The notes below the pieces were generated by a model. It saw only the letters and a program-made list of their open reading frames with translations. It was not told where the DNA came from and did not search any database. Below, piece by piece: positions 49,623-60,508 of a stretch of 64,000 nt of DNA. The stretch is from Calditrichaceae bacterium (lineage in GTDB: Bacteria; Calditrichota; Calditrichia; Calditrichales; JBFXGD01): contig JBFXLE010000017.1 in the NCBI GenBank assembly GCA_050173015.1, forward strand, positions 1 to 64,000, written 5' to 3'. Position numbers and translations under genes: made by a program. The first letter of the stretch is position 1, and each line of letters begins with the position of its first letter.

Positions 49623-50264
49623 TTAGCTCCGCACGGCAAAAAACAAATAGATGGCAGTCGAAACCGATAAAAAAACGATTATCGGTTCAAATAGTTTCGT
49701 CCATCCTGACGCGGAAGCCAGTTTCCCCTTTAAAAAGGGATAAGTCCCGTCTTCAACTTTTTTTAATTGATCACGATCTATTAAATCAGTGAAAGAATTT
49801 GTAAATTTGATTGCTTTCACTTGAATATCACTCATCTTTGACTCAGCCCAGCCTTCCATTTCAACACTGCATATTCTGCGAACAGAACTGCTGACGCCAA
49901 GAAATTGTTTTGTATCCTGAATGTAAACGACATTAATGTTTAATTGTTCAATGAAAATAGCAACGTCTGCCGTATCGACGCTGATACTTATGCCTCTCAT
50001 GGAAAAATATTGTATCATCTGGTTTTTAATGAATAGTTCTTTTTCCGCTCCGATCCGGTCAGCCTGAATGGAAAGTCCTCCGCCGTTTACGGGTAATGGC
50101 AAATCTAATGAGTCAAAATACTGTTTGATCAGTCTTCCAACTACATCGCGATTGGATTCCGGTTCGCCGCCCTGTCCGAAACAGGGAAACAGCAGTATCG
50201 ACATTAATAAAATTATTCTTAAAAACACGGTGATAAAGTTAGCCACAATATGCATTCCATGCAA
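49623..50264 (-). CDS. Hypothetical membrane-anchored protein
   Basis: N-terminal hydrophobic segment and a C-terminal TM ending FFAVRS. Confidence 0.75.
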   Translation of the reverse strand: MHGMHIVANFITVFLRIILLMSILLFPCFGQGGEPESNRDVVGRLIKQYFDSLDLPLPVNGGGLSIQADRIGAEKELFIKNQMIQYFSMRGISISVDTADVAIFIEQLNINVVYIQDTKQFLGVSSSVRRICSVEMEGWAESKMSDIQVKAIKFTNSFTDLIDRDQLKKVEDGTYPFLKGKLASASGWTKLFEPIIVFLSVSTAIYLFFAVRS

Positions 50265-50399
50265 CTATTTATAAGCGGGAAATCAGCAGGATTTTGACCA
50301 TCAGGGCCTATAAACCCAAAGGGTTCTCATGAGAACGATAAAACTATTTCTGCCATTTCTGTTCAGGGCTGAATACACCATATAACCCCAGAAATCGGA

Positions 50400-51200
50400 T
50401 CATATGGAAAAATGATACCCCGCGGCGGCCAATATGACATACACAGCGCCAAAAATAAACTCCTGAATTCCAATCGATTTCGGCAGCTGATTCCGGAAAA
50501 CCGGCAAAATTCCTGTCTCTGAACGCGCCGCAAGAAGGACAACACCAATTACAGCTAAGAGCGGTATTCTTTTTATATAATACAAAACGATAAATATAAT
50601 AATTATAGCTGAATGCGCTAAACGCTGAATACCAATACGGGCCTCTTCTTTACGTCTCAGGTTTAACCGGTTTCTCACGTACAGAGTAGTAGTCAATGAC
50701 CGCCCCATACTGATGATCCACAGAAACAGAGCGTCAAATATTATCCAGCCGCCGGCCATTGCGATAAGTGAACTCATCATCGCGAACGCGGCTGCGCCCG
50801 ACAATTCCGGCAACAGGCTTTTCGCCTGATTCAATGTGTCATAAATGATGTAAACGATAATCAACGGGAATATCATCACCATCGGTATGAGCAGCATCTG
50901 ACCCGCGATCAGCAGGACATATCCAAATCCGATGAGGCCTGACAAAAGATAAAAAATTGAAAAATTACGCGCGTACCGGGCTTTAATTACATTCTTTCCG
51001 GATTCTTTTTCTCTCAGCCATATCTTTAGAGAATTTCTCGACATAAAGGCCGCCATCGCGGCAATACCAAGAATCAACCCGTTAAACGAAAAAACGATTA
51101 AAAGACCCAAAAAAACGGGTTCAAGTGTATATCCCCAGCTTCCGTGTTCCTGTGGCAGGGCGATTTTTCTTAAATTTATTTCTTGTTTTGCTGTTTTCAT
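50400..51200 (-). CDS. YwiC-like membrane protein
   Basis: ALPQEHGSWG, multiple TMs, LYVR and KSIGIQE. Confidence 0.8.
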   Translation of the reverse strand: MKTAKQEINLRKIALPQEHGSWGYTLEPVFLGLLIVFSFNGLILGIAAMAAFMSRNSLKIWLREKESGKNVIKARYARNFSIFYLLSGLIGFGYVLLIAGQMLLIPMVMIFPLIIVYIIYDTLNQAKSLLPELSGAAAFAMMSSLIAMAGGWIIFDALFLWIISMGRSLTTTLYVRNRLNLRRKEEARIGIQRLAHSAIIIIFIVLYYIKRIPLLAVIGVVLLAARSETGILPVFRNQLPKSIGIQEFIFGAVYVILAAAGYHFSI

Positions 51201-51320
51201 CCTAATGAAACTCTTTGCCGCCTGTCCCGCATAAATATTAATTCCGGACTATTACTTTTTTTGTGCTCAATGATTGAGATATAAAAAATCCCGGCAAACA
51301 GGATTTTTTTCAGACACTAT

Positions 51321-53108
51321 CTATAGTTCCGCTATCAAAATGAGCTGTTTTCCATCTCTCATAATATCCACACTGACCCTTTGACCGGATTTAAATTCAG
51401 CTAACCGGTACATATAGTCATAGATATTTTTAACCTTTTTCCCTTCCATCGCGATAATTACATCTCCTTTTTCCATCCCGGCCTGGTCGGCGGGTCCGTC
51501 TTTTCTTACGCCATCAATTCTGAGTCCGTTCTCTTCGGTTGAAGAATAATCGGGCACAATACCGAGCGTCACCTTAAATCTTCTCCCCATCGAAGGTGTT
51601 GATTTTGGTCCCGACTCCTGGTAAACCAAATGAGTTTCAAGATTTGCCATTTTTTCGGCAAGAGCATACGCGAGTTCAGCAATGTCCTTTTCACCGGCAT
51701 AATTTATCTTTTCCGCGTCATCCGCCGGAGTATGATAGTCATCATGCACACCGGTAAAAAAGAAGAGCACCGGTATGTTTTCTATATAAAATGAAGCATG
51801 ATCGGAGGGTCCATACCCTTCGGGAGACATCTTTAGTTCAAATTTCTTACCCTTTGCCGCTTCATCAATTAGTTTATCAAGACCTATGGCGGTACCGGTT
51901 CCTCCCAGAGTCAGAGATTTTGTTTCGGGATCAAGCCGCCCCACCATATCGAGATTGAACATAATATTTACATTTTTTAAATCAACCAGCGGATTTTTTG
52001 TAAAGAATTTTGAGCCTAACGTTCCCATTTCTTCAGCCCCAAAGGCCATAAATAAGACACTGCGTTTGATTTTTTTTCTCTCCGCGCTCATTTTTTCAGC
52101 CAATTCCAGTACCGCGGCCACTCCGGATGCGTTATCGTCGGCGCCGTTATGGATAGCCGAAGTATCGGGTGTTCTGGAACCGGATCCCGAGCCTCCCATT
52201 CCAAGGTGATCATAGTGGGCGCCAATGATGATAAACTCATTTTTTAAGGAAGGATCATTCCCGGGTAAAAGCGCGACAATATTTTGGGTTCTGGATTTAT
52301 CCTGTATGGTCGATGAAGTCGCTGAAAGTTCAACACCCAATTGAAAAGCGACGGGCGTCATACTTTCAATCATCTCCTTTTCAAGACCGATGATTGTCTT
52401 TCCTGTTCCGTCCAGCAGCATATCCGCGACCGAACGTTTGACATGAAAAACCGGAAGCCCGGCGTCCGACTGGCTCTGATCATATACAAGAGGCATCAGT
52501 TCATCTTTCTCATCAACTTCTTTACCGGATACCACCAGCACACCGGCGGCACCCTTATCTCTGGCGACCATCGTCTTGTTTCTTAATGAACTGTACCGGA
52601 TGAACTCGCTATGAGGATTATTAATATCCGGGTCTTCTCTCAATATCATGACCCACTTACCGGAAACATCCACATCGGTGTAATCATGCCAACTCACTGA
52701 ATCAGCGTTGAAATCGATTCCGTATCCGGCAAAAACAACATCCGCTGAAACCGAGGCGTTTTCGGAAAACGCAAGCGGAGTGAAATCCTCCCCCAATTTT
52801 CCTTCAAACTCTCCAAACGAGAAACGATTTTTATCATCCGCGCTGACGGATTTCACAACATCAAAATATTGAAATCCTTTTTCCCCGAAAAGCGTCAAGC
52901 CAAATCCGGCAAACTGATTTCTGATATATTCTGCCGCCGTGTCTCCTCCCGGTGTTCCCGGTTTTCGTCCGGCAAGTGAATCAGACGCCAGAAATTCTAT
53001 TCTTGATTTAAGATCAGAAATTGTAATAGCGGTCTGGGTTTTTTCTCCGGCAACAACAGACTGTGATAAAAAAATCATTAAGAGAAATAATCCGGTGAAC
53101 TTTTTCAT
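51321..53108 (-). CDS. M28 family peptidase with PA and PDZ domains
   Basis: LASDSLAGR, GAHYDHLG, NGADDNASG, AEEMG, SDH and a C-terminal PDZ. Confidence 0.95.
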   Translation of the reverse strand: MKKFTGLFLLMIFLSQSVVAGEKTQTAITISDLKSRIEFLASDSLAGRKPGTPGGDTAAEYIRNQFAGFGLTLFGEKGFQYFDVVKSVSADDKNRFSFGEFEGKLGEDFTPLAFSENASVSADVVFAGYGIDFNADSVSWHDYTDVDVSGKWVMILREDPDINNPHSEFIRYSSLRNKTMVARDKGAAGVLVVSGKEVDEKDELMPLVYDQSQSDAGLPVFHVKRSVADMLLDGTGKTIIGLEKEMIESMTPVAFQLGVELSATSSTIQDKSRTQNIVALLPGNDPSLKNEFIIIGAHYDHLGMGGSGSGSRTPDTSAIHNGADDNASGVAAVLELAEKMSAERKKIKRSVLFMAFGAEEMGTLGSKFFTKNPLVDLKNVNIMFNLDMVGRLDPETKSLTLGGTGTAIGLDKLIDEAAKGKKFELKMSPEGYGPSDHASFYIENIPVLFFFTGVHDDYHTPADDAEKINYAGEKDIAELAYALAEKMANLETHLVYQESGPKSTPSMGRRFKVTLGIVPDYSSTEENGLRIDGVRKDGPADQAGMEKGDVIIAMEGKKVKNIYDYMYRLAEFKSGQRVSVDIMRDGKQLILIAEL

Positions 53109-53249
53109 TTCGTCTCCTTAAGTCAATTTTCGCTACATGATGTTTAGATAATTTTCATACGATTATAATTTCTAAAAACGCTGATAAATTCCACAAAATC
53201 CGTAAAATATGTTTTTTGGTTTTGCATTCGATGTTTACAACACATCAAA

Positions 53250-54014
53250 TCAGCCGAAAAAGGTTCTCAGATGACCGCAAAATTCATCCGGAGCATCAGA
53301 ATGAATCCAATGTGTGGCGTCATCAATCGTTACAATTTCGGAATTAGGAAAAATCCTTCTTATCAGAGGAAAATCTGCAGGGAGAATATATTCCGAACGA
53401 CCGCCTTTTATAAACAAAGTTGGATTTTCAAAGGTGAATGTTTCATTGCTGCCCTGCAATATTTCATCTATATTTTGATAAATGCTCGGCAGGTTCGCTT
53501 TCCATGAAAATGTACCATCCCTGTTTCTGCGCAGATTTTTTAGCAGAAACTGACGAATTGGTTTTTGTTTGATTTTAACGGAAAGCCGCGTATCCGCTTC
53601 TTCTCTGCTCATTAGGGAGTCAAGATTTATGGCTGACAAAGTTTCCAGAAACATCTTGAAATAAGTATTATAGTAATTCTTGGGAGCGATATCGACAACA
53701 ACCAGTTTTTCCACTTTTTGCGGGTACTTCAGGGCGTATTGCATAGCTACTTTTCCGCCCATGGAGTGTCCTATCAGGCGGATTTCATTCAGGTTATGTT
53801 CAGCCGCGAATTCCGCGAGATCATTTACAAGAAGGTCATAACTAAATTCGACACTATGAGTCGAACGACCATGATTTCGCTGATCCGGAATATAAACGGT
53901 GTGACGTTCGGCGATTTTTTTACCGATCGTCATCCAGTTGTCTGACATTCCAAATAAACCGTGCAGTATAATGACCGGTTTGCCTTTTCCAAACTTTCTG
54001 TAAAAAAGCTTCAT
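53250..54014 (-). CDS. Alpha/beta hydrolase (YbfF-like esterase)
   Basis: LHGLFG, DQRNHGRS, GHSMGGK and THWIH. Confidence 0.93.
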   Translation of the reverse strand: MKLFYRKFGKGKPVIILHGLFGMSDNWMTIGKKIAERHTVYIPDQRNHGRSTHSVEFSYDLLVNDLAEFAAEHNLNEIRLIGHSMGGKVAMQYALKYPQKVEKLVVVDIAPKNYYNTYFKMFLETLSAINLDSLMSREEADTRLSVKIKQKPIRQFLLKNLRRNRDGTFSWKANLPSIYQNIDEILQGSNETFTFENPTLFIKGGRSEYILPADFPLIRRIFPNSEIVTIDDATHWIHSDAPDEFCGHLRTFFG

Positions 54015-54114
54015 ATCCCAGTATCTGATCTAAATTTTATAAAACATTTTATAAAACAATTTTTTTGATTTCAATATGTGATCTCAAATTACACTTCTGA
54101 GAATTTCTGAAATC

Positions 54115-54144
54115 AAAAAAAAGGCGGCAATACTTGCCGCCTTT
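54115..54144 (-). terminator. Intrinsic terminator after secA
   Basis: AAAGGCGGCAA-TAC-TTGCCGCCTTT with a T-tract on minus. Confidence 0.8.
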
Positions 54145-54158
54145 CACTCATTGATTTT

Positions 54159-57140
54159 TCAGACAACTGCACCGTGACACTTTTTATATTTTTTACCGCT
54201 TCCGCAGGGACAGGGATCGTTTGGCCCCACTTTCTGTTCAACTTTTATGGGCTGTCTTTTATTGGATCGATCCTTTGATGCTCGCTGGATATCCGATTCT
54301 TCCCCGGGCGATCCTTCATATCCCATATTTGTCGATGATTCATGAACCAATTGGTGCCGTTCTCTCTCCCGGACCTGAGCCCGGTTGACAGGCTCGGTCT
54401 GAATCTGAAATTTCCATAACCAGTTAAGGGTTTTTTCATTAATGCGGTTAATAAGTTCCTCAAACATAATATAAGAATCACGCTTATACTCGGTAAGCGG
54501 GTTTTTCTGGCCGTATGCCCTAAGGTGGATACCTTCCTTTAGCATATCCATCTCATAAAGATGATCTTTCCATTCTTCATCAATTACCCGCAAAACAAAA
54601 TATCTCTCGAGGACCGACATCCTTTCACGACCGATCCGCTGTTCCTTAATATTGTAAATAGCGAGCGCTTCATTTTTTATATACTCTTTAAGGTCATCGA
54701 AAGAATACTTGCCAATCTCATCTCTAATCCTGTTGAAACTGACAAGAACGGTACCGCCCAACTCCTGCTCCAGAGAATCGAGATCCCATTCTTCCGAGTG
54801 AGATCTTGGATCGATATATTTCTCGGTAACCACATCAATATATTCTTCCAGGATATTGATGACCTCGGTATGCATATTTTCTTCCATTAGAGCTGTCCGG
54901 CGACGATTGTAAATCACTTCTCTCTGCTGATTCATAACATCATCATATTCCAGTAGTCTTTTTCTGATGGAGAAATTGCGCATTTCCACTTTTTTCTGGG
55001 CTTTTTCAATGGATCTTGTAATCATTTTATGCGTGATCACTTCGCCTTCCTGTGCTCCAAGCCGATCCATAATTCCGGCAATACGCTCACTACCGAATAA
55101 TCGCATCAAATCATCTTCAAGAGAGAGGAAGAAAATACTGCTTCCCGGATCTCCCTGACGACCGCAACGGCCTCGCAACTGCCGGTCAATACGCCTTGAT
55201 TCGTGGCGTTCTGTTCCCAGTACATGCAGTCCGCCGGGGATGCCCTGACTCGGGTCGCCCGCTTCCGCCACACCAGCTCCCAGCTTAATATCCGTACCAC
55301 GGCCCGCCATATTTGTCGCGATGGTCACCGCGCCGGGCTCTCCCGCGTGCGCAACGATTTCGGCTTCACGTTTATTCTGTTTTGCGTTTAAAACATTATG
55401 CGGTATGCCTCGCCTTTTTAACATCCGGCTTAATGTTTCAGAAACATCCACCGTAATCGTGCCAACCAGCACCGGACGTCCGAGTTTATTCATCCGTTCG
55501 ATTTCATCGATCACGGCATTATACTTCTCTCGAGTTGATCTGTAAATAAGGTCGTTATGATCAACCCGCGCGATCGGCCTGTTCGTAGGTATTACAACCA
55601 CATCAAGTTTGTATATTTCCCAGAGTTCCGCCGCTTCCGTTTCTGCCGTACCGGTCATTCCGGCCAGTTTATCATACATTCTGAAATAGTTCTGCAGTGT
55701 AATGGTGGCCAGGGTCTGGGTTTCTCTCTCGATTTTTACATTTTCCTTTGCCTCAATCGCCTGATGCAATCCGTCACTGTAACGGCGGCCGGCCAATACA
55801 CGGCCCGTAAATTCATCAACGATCAAAACCTTACCGTCAGAGACCACATATTCCTGATCCCGCTCGAACAGGGTATAAGCCCGCAGTAATTGAGAGATAT
55901 TTTGCAGTTTTTCACTTCGTTCATTATATAATTGATGCAGTTCTTCCTTTTTTATTAGTTTTTCTTCATAGGAAAGAGTATCATCATCTTCAATTTTAGC
56001 GATTTCATCGCCTAAATCGGGCAATAAGAACATATCCGGATCACTGGGATTCATGTTCTCACGACCTTTTTCTGTAATATCAATCGTATTGTTTTTTTCT
56101 TCAACGACAAAGAACAAATCACCAAAATATTGTTCATCAGAAGCTTTTGTCTGACCTTTGTCCCGGAAATAGTCGTTTTCAACACTTTGAACCAGTTTTT
56201 TCATACCGGTGTCCTGATACAATTTGCGAAGACGCGGATTTTTGGGCATTCCCCTATCGGCAATAAGCAGCTTCATGCCGCCTTCACGGGTATTACCGGC
56301 ATTCACAAGCTCTTCACCCTCTTTTATAAGACGGTTGACGAGCCGGTTTTGATTAACGACAAGACGTTCGACGAGTGGCTTCATTTCTTTGTATTTATGT
56401 GTTGATTCACTCACCGGCCCACTGATGATTAATGGCGTTCTGGCCTCATCGACAAGTACGCTGTCCACCTCATCAACAATCGCGTAATGATGCCCTTTCT
56501 CCTGAACAATATCTTCTTTTGTACCGGCCATATTATCACGCAGGTAATCGAAGCCGAATTCATTATTGGTACCATAGGTAATATCGTAGTTATAAACTTC
56601 TTTACGCTGTGCCGGATTCATATCATTCAGGATGACACCAACAGTTAATCCAAGGTATTTATAAATTTCACCCATCCATTCAGAGTCACGCAGCGCAAGA
56701 TAGTCATTGACTGTAATTAAATGCGCGCCTTTTCCATCGAGGGCATTTAAGTAAAGCGGAAGTGTCGCCACCAGTGTTTTACCTTCTCCCGTGGCCATTT
56801 CGGCTATTTTGCCCTGATGAAGTACAATCCCGCCGATCAGCTGGACATCATACGGGACCATATCCCATGTAATCTCATTTCCCGCGACTTTCCATTTATG
56901 ACCAAGTAATCTTTTACAGGCCATTTTTACCGCTGCAAATGCCTCGGGGAGAATGTCGTCCAGAGTTTCGCCCCGCGCCAGACGCTCCTTAAATTCCGGA
57001 GTTTTGGCTTTTAATTCTTCTTCAGTCAGTGACTCATACTGATTAAAGTACTCATTGATTTGCTCAACTATGGGTTGAATTTTTTTTACATCCCGTTCGT
57101 GTTTCGATCCAAAAACAGATTTCACCAGTTTCGATATCAT
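54159..57140 (-). CDS. secA: Preprotein translocase ATPase SecA
   Basis: AEMATGEGKTL, DEVDSVLVDEARTPLIISG, ATNMAGRGTDI and C-terminal CPCGSGKKYKKCHG. Confidence 0.99.
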   Translation of the reverse strand: MISKLVKSVFGSKHERDVKKIQPIVEQINEYFNQYESLTEEELKAKTPEFKERLARGETLDDILPEAFAAVKMACKRLLGHKWKVAGNEITWDMVPYDVQLIGGIVLHQGKIAEMATGEGKTLVATLPLYLNALDGKGAHLITVNDYLALRDSEWMGEIYKYLGLTVGVILNDMNPAQRKEVYNYDITYGTNNEFGFDYLRDNMAGTKEDIVQEKGHHYAIVDEVDSVLVDEARTPLIISGPVSESTHKYKEMKPLVERLVVNQNRLVNRLIKEGEELVNAGNTREGGMKLLIADRGMPKNPRLRKLYQDTGMKKLVQSVENDYFRDKGQTKASDEQYFGDLFFVVEEKNNTIDITEKGRENMNPSDPDMFLLPDLGDEIAKIEDDDTLSYEEKLIKKEELHQLYNERSEKLQNISQLLRAYTLFERDQEYVVSDGKVLIVDEFTGRVLAGRRYSDGLHQAIEAKENVKIERETQTLATITLQNYFRMYDKLAGMTGTAETEAAELWEIYKLDVVVIPTNRPIARVDHNDLIYRSTREKYNAVIDEIERMNKLGRPVLVGTITVDVSETLSRMLKRRGIPHNVLNAKQNKREAEIVAHAGEPGAVTIATNMAGRGTDIKLGAGVAEAGDPSQGIPGGLHVLGTERHESRRIDRQLRGRCGRQGDPGSSIFFLSLEDDLMRLFGSERIAGIMDRLGAQEGEVITHKMITRSIEKAQKKVEMRNFSIRKRLLEYDDVMNQQREVIYNRRRTALMEENMHTEVINILEEYIDVVTEKYIDPRSHSEEWDLDSLEQELGGTVLVSFNRIRDEIGKYSFDDLKEYIKNEALAIYNIKEQRIGRERMSVLERYFVLRVIDEEWKDHLYEMDMLKEGIHLRAYGQKNPLTEYKRDSYIMFEELINRINEKTLNWLWKFQIQTEPVNRAQVRERERHQLVHESSTNMGYEGSPGEESDIQRASKDRSNKRQPIKVEQKVGPNDPCPCGSGKKYKKCHGAVV

Positions 57141-57149
57141 AATTTCCTC

Positions 57150-57863
57150 TTAATATCCTTTCAATAATCGTTCCGCTAAAAATACCGGCAGGCCGGCACG
57201 GATAATCTTTTTGTACGTTTTTTCAACATCATATTCAAGACGGACATGTTCCAGTTCTCCGGCGGATTGATCAAAAACCACAAAGCAGGCTTTTGGATTT
57301 CCGTCTCTCGGCTGCCCGACGCTGCCTACGTTAACGATATATTTTTGATTTTGTTCGATCCTGAAGGGCGACTGTTTATAGGCCCTGTTGTTTGAAAATA
57401 TTACCGGTACATGCGAATGGCCGATAAAACAAATTGATTCATTAAAGGCTTTCAATTCGTTTTTTGCTTCCTCGAAAGAAAGAATATAATGCCAGTATGG
57501 CGGATTGGCTGGTGAAGCATGAACAAGGATAATTCCATCGCTTTGATGAGAAAACGGTAATTTTCTTAAAAATTCCTCATTCTCTTTTTCCAGATTACTG
57601 ATCGTCCAATGCGTGGACATTTTGGCGTATTCATTAAAATATTCAATATTGGCGAGACCGAGAGCCGCATAATCATGATTACCCATAAGAGTAATATCCG
57701 ATCTTTTGCGGATCAGCTCGACGCACTCGTTTGGATTCGGTCCGTAACCGACAATATCGCCAAGACAATAGATCTTATCGACAGGATTCTCATCAATATA
57801 GCGGAAGACGGTTTCAAGGGCTTCCAAATTGCCGTGTATATCGGAAAGAACAGCGATAACCAT
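57150..57863 (-). CDS. Metallophosphoesterase
   Basis: SDIHGN, LGDIVGYG, GNHD, GHSH and NVGSVGQPRDG. Confidence 0.93.
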   Translation of the reverse strand: MVIAVLSDIHGNLEALETVFRYIDENPVDKIYCLGDIVGYGPNPNECVELIRKRSDITLMGNHDYAALGLANIEYFNEYAKMSTHWTISNLEKENEEFLRKLPFSHQSDGIILVHASPANPPYWHYILSFEEAKNELKAFNESICFIGHSHVPVIFSNNRAYKQSPFRIEQNQKYIVNVGSVGQPRDGNPKACFVVFDQSAGELEHVRLEYDVEKTYKKIIRAGLPVFLAERLLKGY

Positions 57864-57874
57864 AAGCCAATATT

Positions 57875-58321
57875 CTACATTAAATTAGAGATAAGTCCGC
57901 GACCAGATTTATTTAACCGGTTTTCTTCGCGTAATTGTTTTAATAGTGCATCAAGAACGCCATTAATAAATTTTCCGCTTCGTTCCGTGCTGTATATTTT
58001 ACTGATTTCTATAACTTCATCCAGGGAGACTTCCGGCGGTATTTCCTCAAAGTACAGAAACTCTACCATGGCCATTCGCAACAAAATTCTATCGATAACC
58101 GCCACCCGCGCGTAATCCCAGTTTTGCAACTTTGATACAATCGCCTTGTCCAGATCATCCTTCTGCTCGGTGCACAATTTGACGATACCGATTGCAAAAT
58201 CAGTAGCATACTGTTTTTGCTCTTCATCCATCCGTTCAATTAATGAATAATAAGGATCCGAATTATATTCACACGCGTAAAGAATCCCCAGAGCAAACTC
58301 TCGTTCTTTTCTTCTTTTCAT
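57875..58321 (-). CDS. nusB: Transcription antitermination factor NusB
   Basis: RRKEREFALGILY, IDRILLRMA and FINGVLD. Confidence 0.95.
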   Translation of the reverse strand: MKRRKEREFALGILYACEYNSDPYYSLIERMDEEQKQYATDFAIGIVKLCTEQKDDLDKAIVSKLQNWDYARVAVIDRILLRMAMVEFLYFEEIPPEVSLDEVIEISKIYSTERSGKFINGVLDALLKQLREENRLNKSGRGLISNLM

Positions 58322-58326
58322 TTATC

Positions 58327-59178
58327 CTATTCGTATTTATAAAAACCGATTTTCGTTTTTCTGCCCAAATGACCGGCAGCAACCATTTTCTTCAGTAATG
58401 GGCATGGACGATATTTGGGATCGCCCAATCCTTCATATAATACATCCATGATATTTAGACACACATCCAATCCAATGAAATCAGCTAATGTTAACGGTCC
58501 CATCGGGTGATTCATTCCCAGTTTCATTACCGTATCGATGGCTTCTTTTTCCGAAACTCCCTCCATCAAACAATAGATCGCTTCATTGATCATTGGCATT
58601 AAGATCCGGTTAGAAACAAATCCCGGGAAATCATTTACCTCCACAGGCACTTTACCCAGGCCCTTTGAAATTTCCTCAACTGTTTTATAGGTTTCATCGC
58701 TGGTCGATAGCCCGCGAATGATTTCAATTAACTGCATGACCGGCACAGGATTCATAAAATGCATCCCGATTACTTTTTCAGGACGGTCTGTTACCGCGGC
58801 AATTTCAGTGATAGAAATGGATGATGTGTTGCTCGCGAGTATGGTTTCCGGCCCGCAAATTTGATCCAGTTTCCTGAATATTTCTTTTTTAACATCCGGA
58901 TTTTCGGTGGCCGCCTCGATAACGATCATCGATCCCGCGGCCGACGACAAATCTGTGGATATTTTTATCCTGCTCTGAATATTTTTTGCATCATCCCCGG
59001 TGATGATTTCCTTCTTTACCTGCCGATTCAGATTTTTATCAATGACAGCAAGGGCTTTTTCTAGCAGCTCATGATTCAGATCAATTAGATCAACTCCGTA
59101 TCCGTTCTGAGCAAAAACATGGGCTATTCCGTTTCCCATTGTCCCGCACCCGATAACACTGACTTTTTTATCCGGCAT
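58327..59178 (-). CDS. hbd: 3-hydroxybutyryl-CoA dehydrogenase
   Basis: [30 protein letters not shown] and HPMGPL. Confidence 0.95.
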   Translation of the reverse strand: MPDKKVSVIGCGTMGNGIAHVFAQNGYGVDLIDLNHELLEKALAVIDKNLNRQVKKEIITGDDAKNIQSRIKISTDLSSAAGSMIVIEAATENPDVKKEIFRKLDQICGPETILASNTSSISITEIAAVTDRPEKVIGMHFMNPVPVMQLIEIIRGLSTSDETYKTVEEISKGLGKVPVEVNDFPGFVSNRILMPMINEAIYCLMEGVSEKEAIDTVMKLGMNHPMGPLTLADFIGLDVCLNIMDVLYEGLGDPKYRPCPLLKKMVAAGHLGRKTKIGFYKYE

Positions 59179-59187
59179 AACAATCTC

Positions 59188-60375
59188 CTAAAGAGTTTCG
59201 ACAATGATACTTGAGGCTTCGCCGCCACCGATACACAATGAGGCCAGGCCGCGTTTAACTTTTCTGTCTTTCATCGCGTGCAACAATGTCACCAGAATTC
59301 TGGTTCCGCTCGCGCCAATGGGATGTCCAAGCGCCACAGCTCCGCCATTTACATTAACTTTCTCGGCGGGAAGATCAAGCAGACGATTGTTTATCAATGA
59401 GACAACCGCAAACGCTTCGTTAATTTCGTATAAATCTATGTCATTGGTTGTAAGATTTGCTTTTTTTAACACTTTTTTGACTGAATCCGCGGGCGCTGTT
59501 GTAAAATATTCCGGTTCTTTGGCGGCTGAGGCCTGGGCGACAATTTTAACCATTGGCTTCAGACCCAATTCGTTCGCTTTTTCCATCGACATCACAAGAA
59601 CTGCCGCGGCGCCGTCATTTATCGATGAAGCATTTGCTGCTGTTACAGAACCGTCTTTTTTAAACGGTGATCTTAAAGCGGGAATCTTGTCAAATTTTAC
59701 ACGGGTCGGTTCCTCATCTTTATCGAAGATAATCGGATCTCCCTTTCTTTGAGGAATCTGCACAGGGATAATCTCATCGTCAAATAGTCCCTTCTCCTGA
59801 GCGGAATGAGCTCTTTTATAACTCATGACCGTAAATTCATCCTGGGCTTCACGGGAAATATTGCACTCCGCCGCGCAAAGTTCTGCAGCGTTACCCATGT
59901 GGTAATTATTATAGACATCCCATAATCCGTCCTTTACCATGCCGTCCACCACAGCTCCGTCTCCCATTTTCATACCATTTCTGGCTCCCGGAAGATAATA
60001 GGGCACCTGGGTCATGTTTTCCATTCCACCGGCAACTACGACGTCAGCATCACCGACCATAACCGCCTGGGCAGCCAGCATGACTGCTTTCAATCCTGAA
60101 CCGCAAACTTTATTGATGGTAAGACATTCAACCGATTTTGGAAGTCCCGCGCCCAATGCAGCCTGACGCGCTGGTGCCTGTCCCTCGTTTGCCGGCAGGA
60201 CATTCCCCATAATCACTTCATCAACCAGTTTTTTATCAACATTTGCGCGCTTTAATACTTCTTCAATGACGATACTGCCTAATTTCGTTGCAGGAATATC
60301 CTTTAACGCCCCGTTAAAACTGCCAATCGGGGTTCGTGCCGCGCTGACAATCACAACATCTCTCATACTTGACAT
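59188..60375 (-). CDS. Acetyl-CoA C-acetyltransferase (thiolase)
   Basis: NKVCGSG, NEAFA, GHPIGASG and LCIGGG. Confidence 0.97.
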   Translation of the reverse strand: MSSMRDVVIVSAARTPIGSFNGALKDIPATKLGSIVIEEVLKRANVDKKLVDEVIMGNVLPANEGQAPARQAALGAGLPKSVECLTINKVCGSGLKAVMLAAQAVMVGDADVVVAGGMENMTQVPYYLPGARNGMKMGDGAVVDGMVKDGLWDVYNNYHMGNAAELCAAECNISREAQDEFTVMSYKRAHSAQEKGLFDDEIIPVQIPQRKGDPIIFDKDEEPTRVKFDKIPALRSPFKKDGSVTAANASSINDGAAAVLVMSMEKANELGLKPMVKIVAQASAAKEPEYFTTAPADSVKKVLKKANLTTNDIDLYEINEAFAVVSLINNRLLDLPAEKVNVNGGAVALGHPIGASGTRILVTLLHAMKDRKVKRGLASLCIGGGEASSIIVETL

Positions 60376-60508
60376 AACATCATCCTCATCTATTAGTAGG
60401 AAAAATTAATGTACTTATTTTTTTATGTTTTTTCAAGGTTACAAAGATTTCCGTTTAACAAAGAAGAAGGGTAACCCGAGCCATGATACTTAATAATTAA
60501 TACCGGCT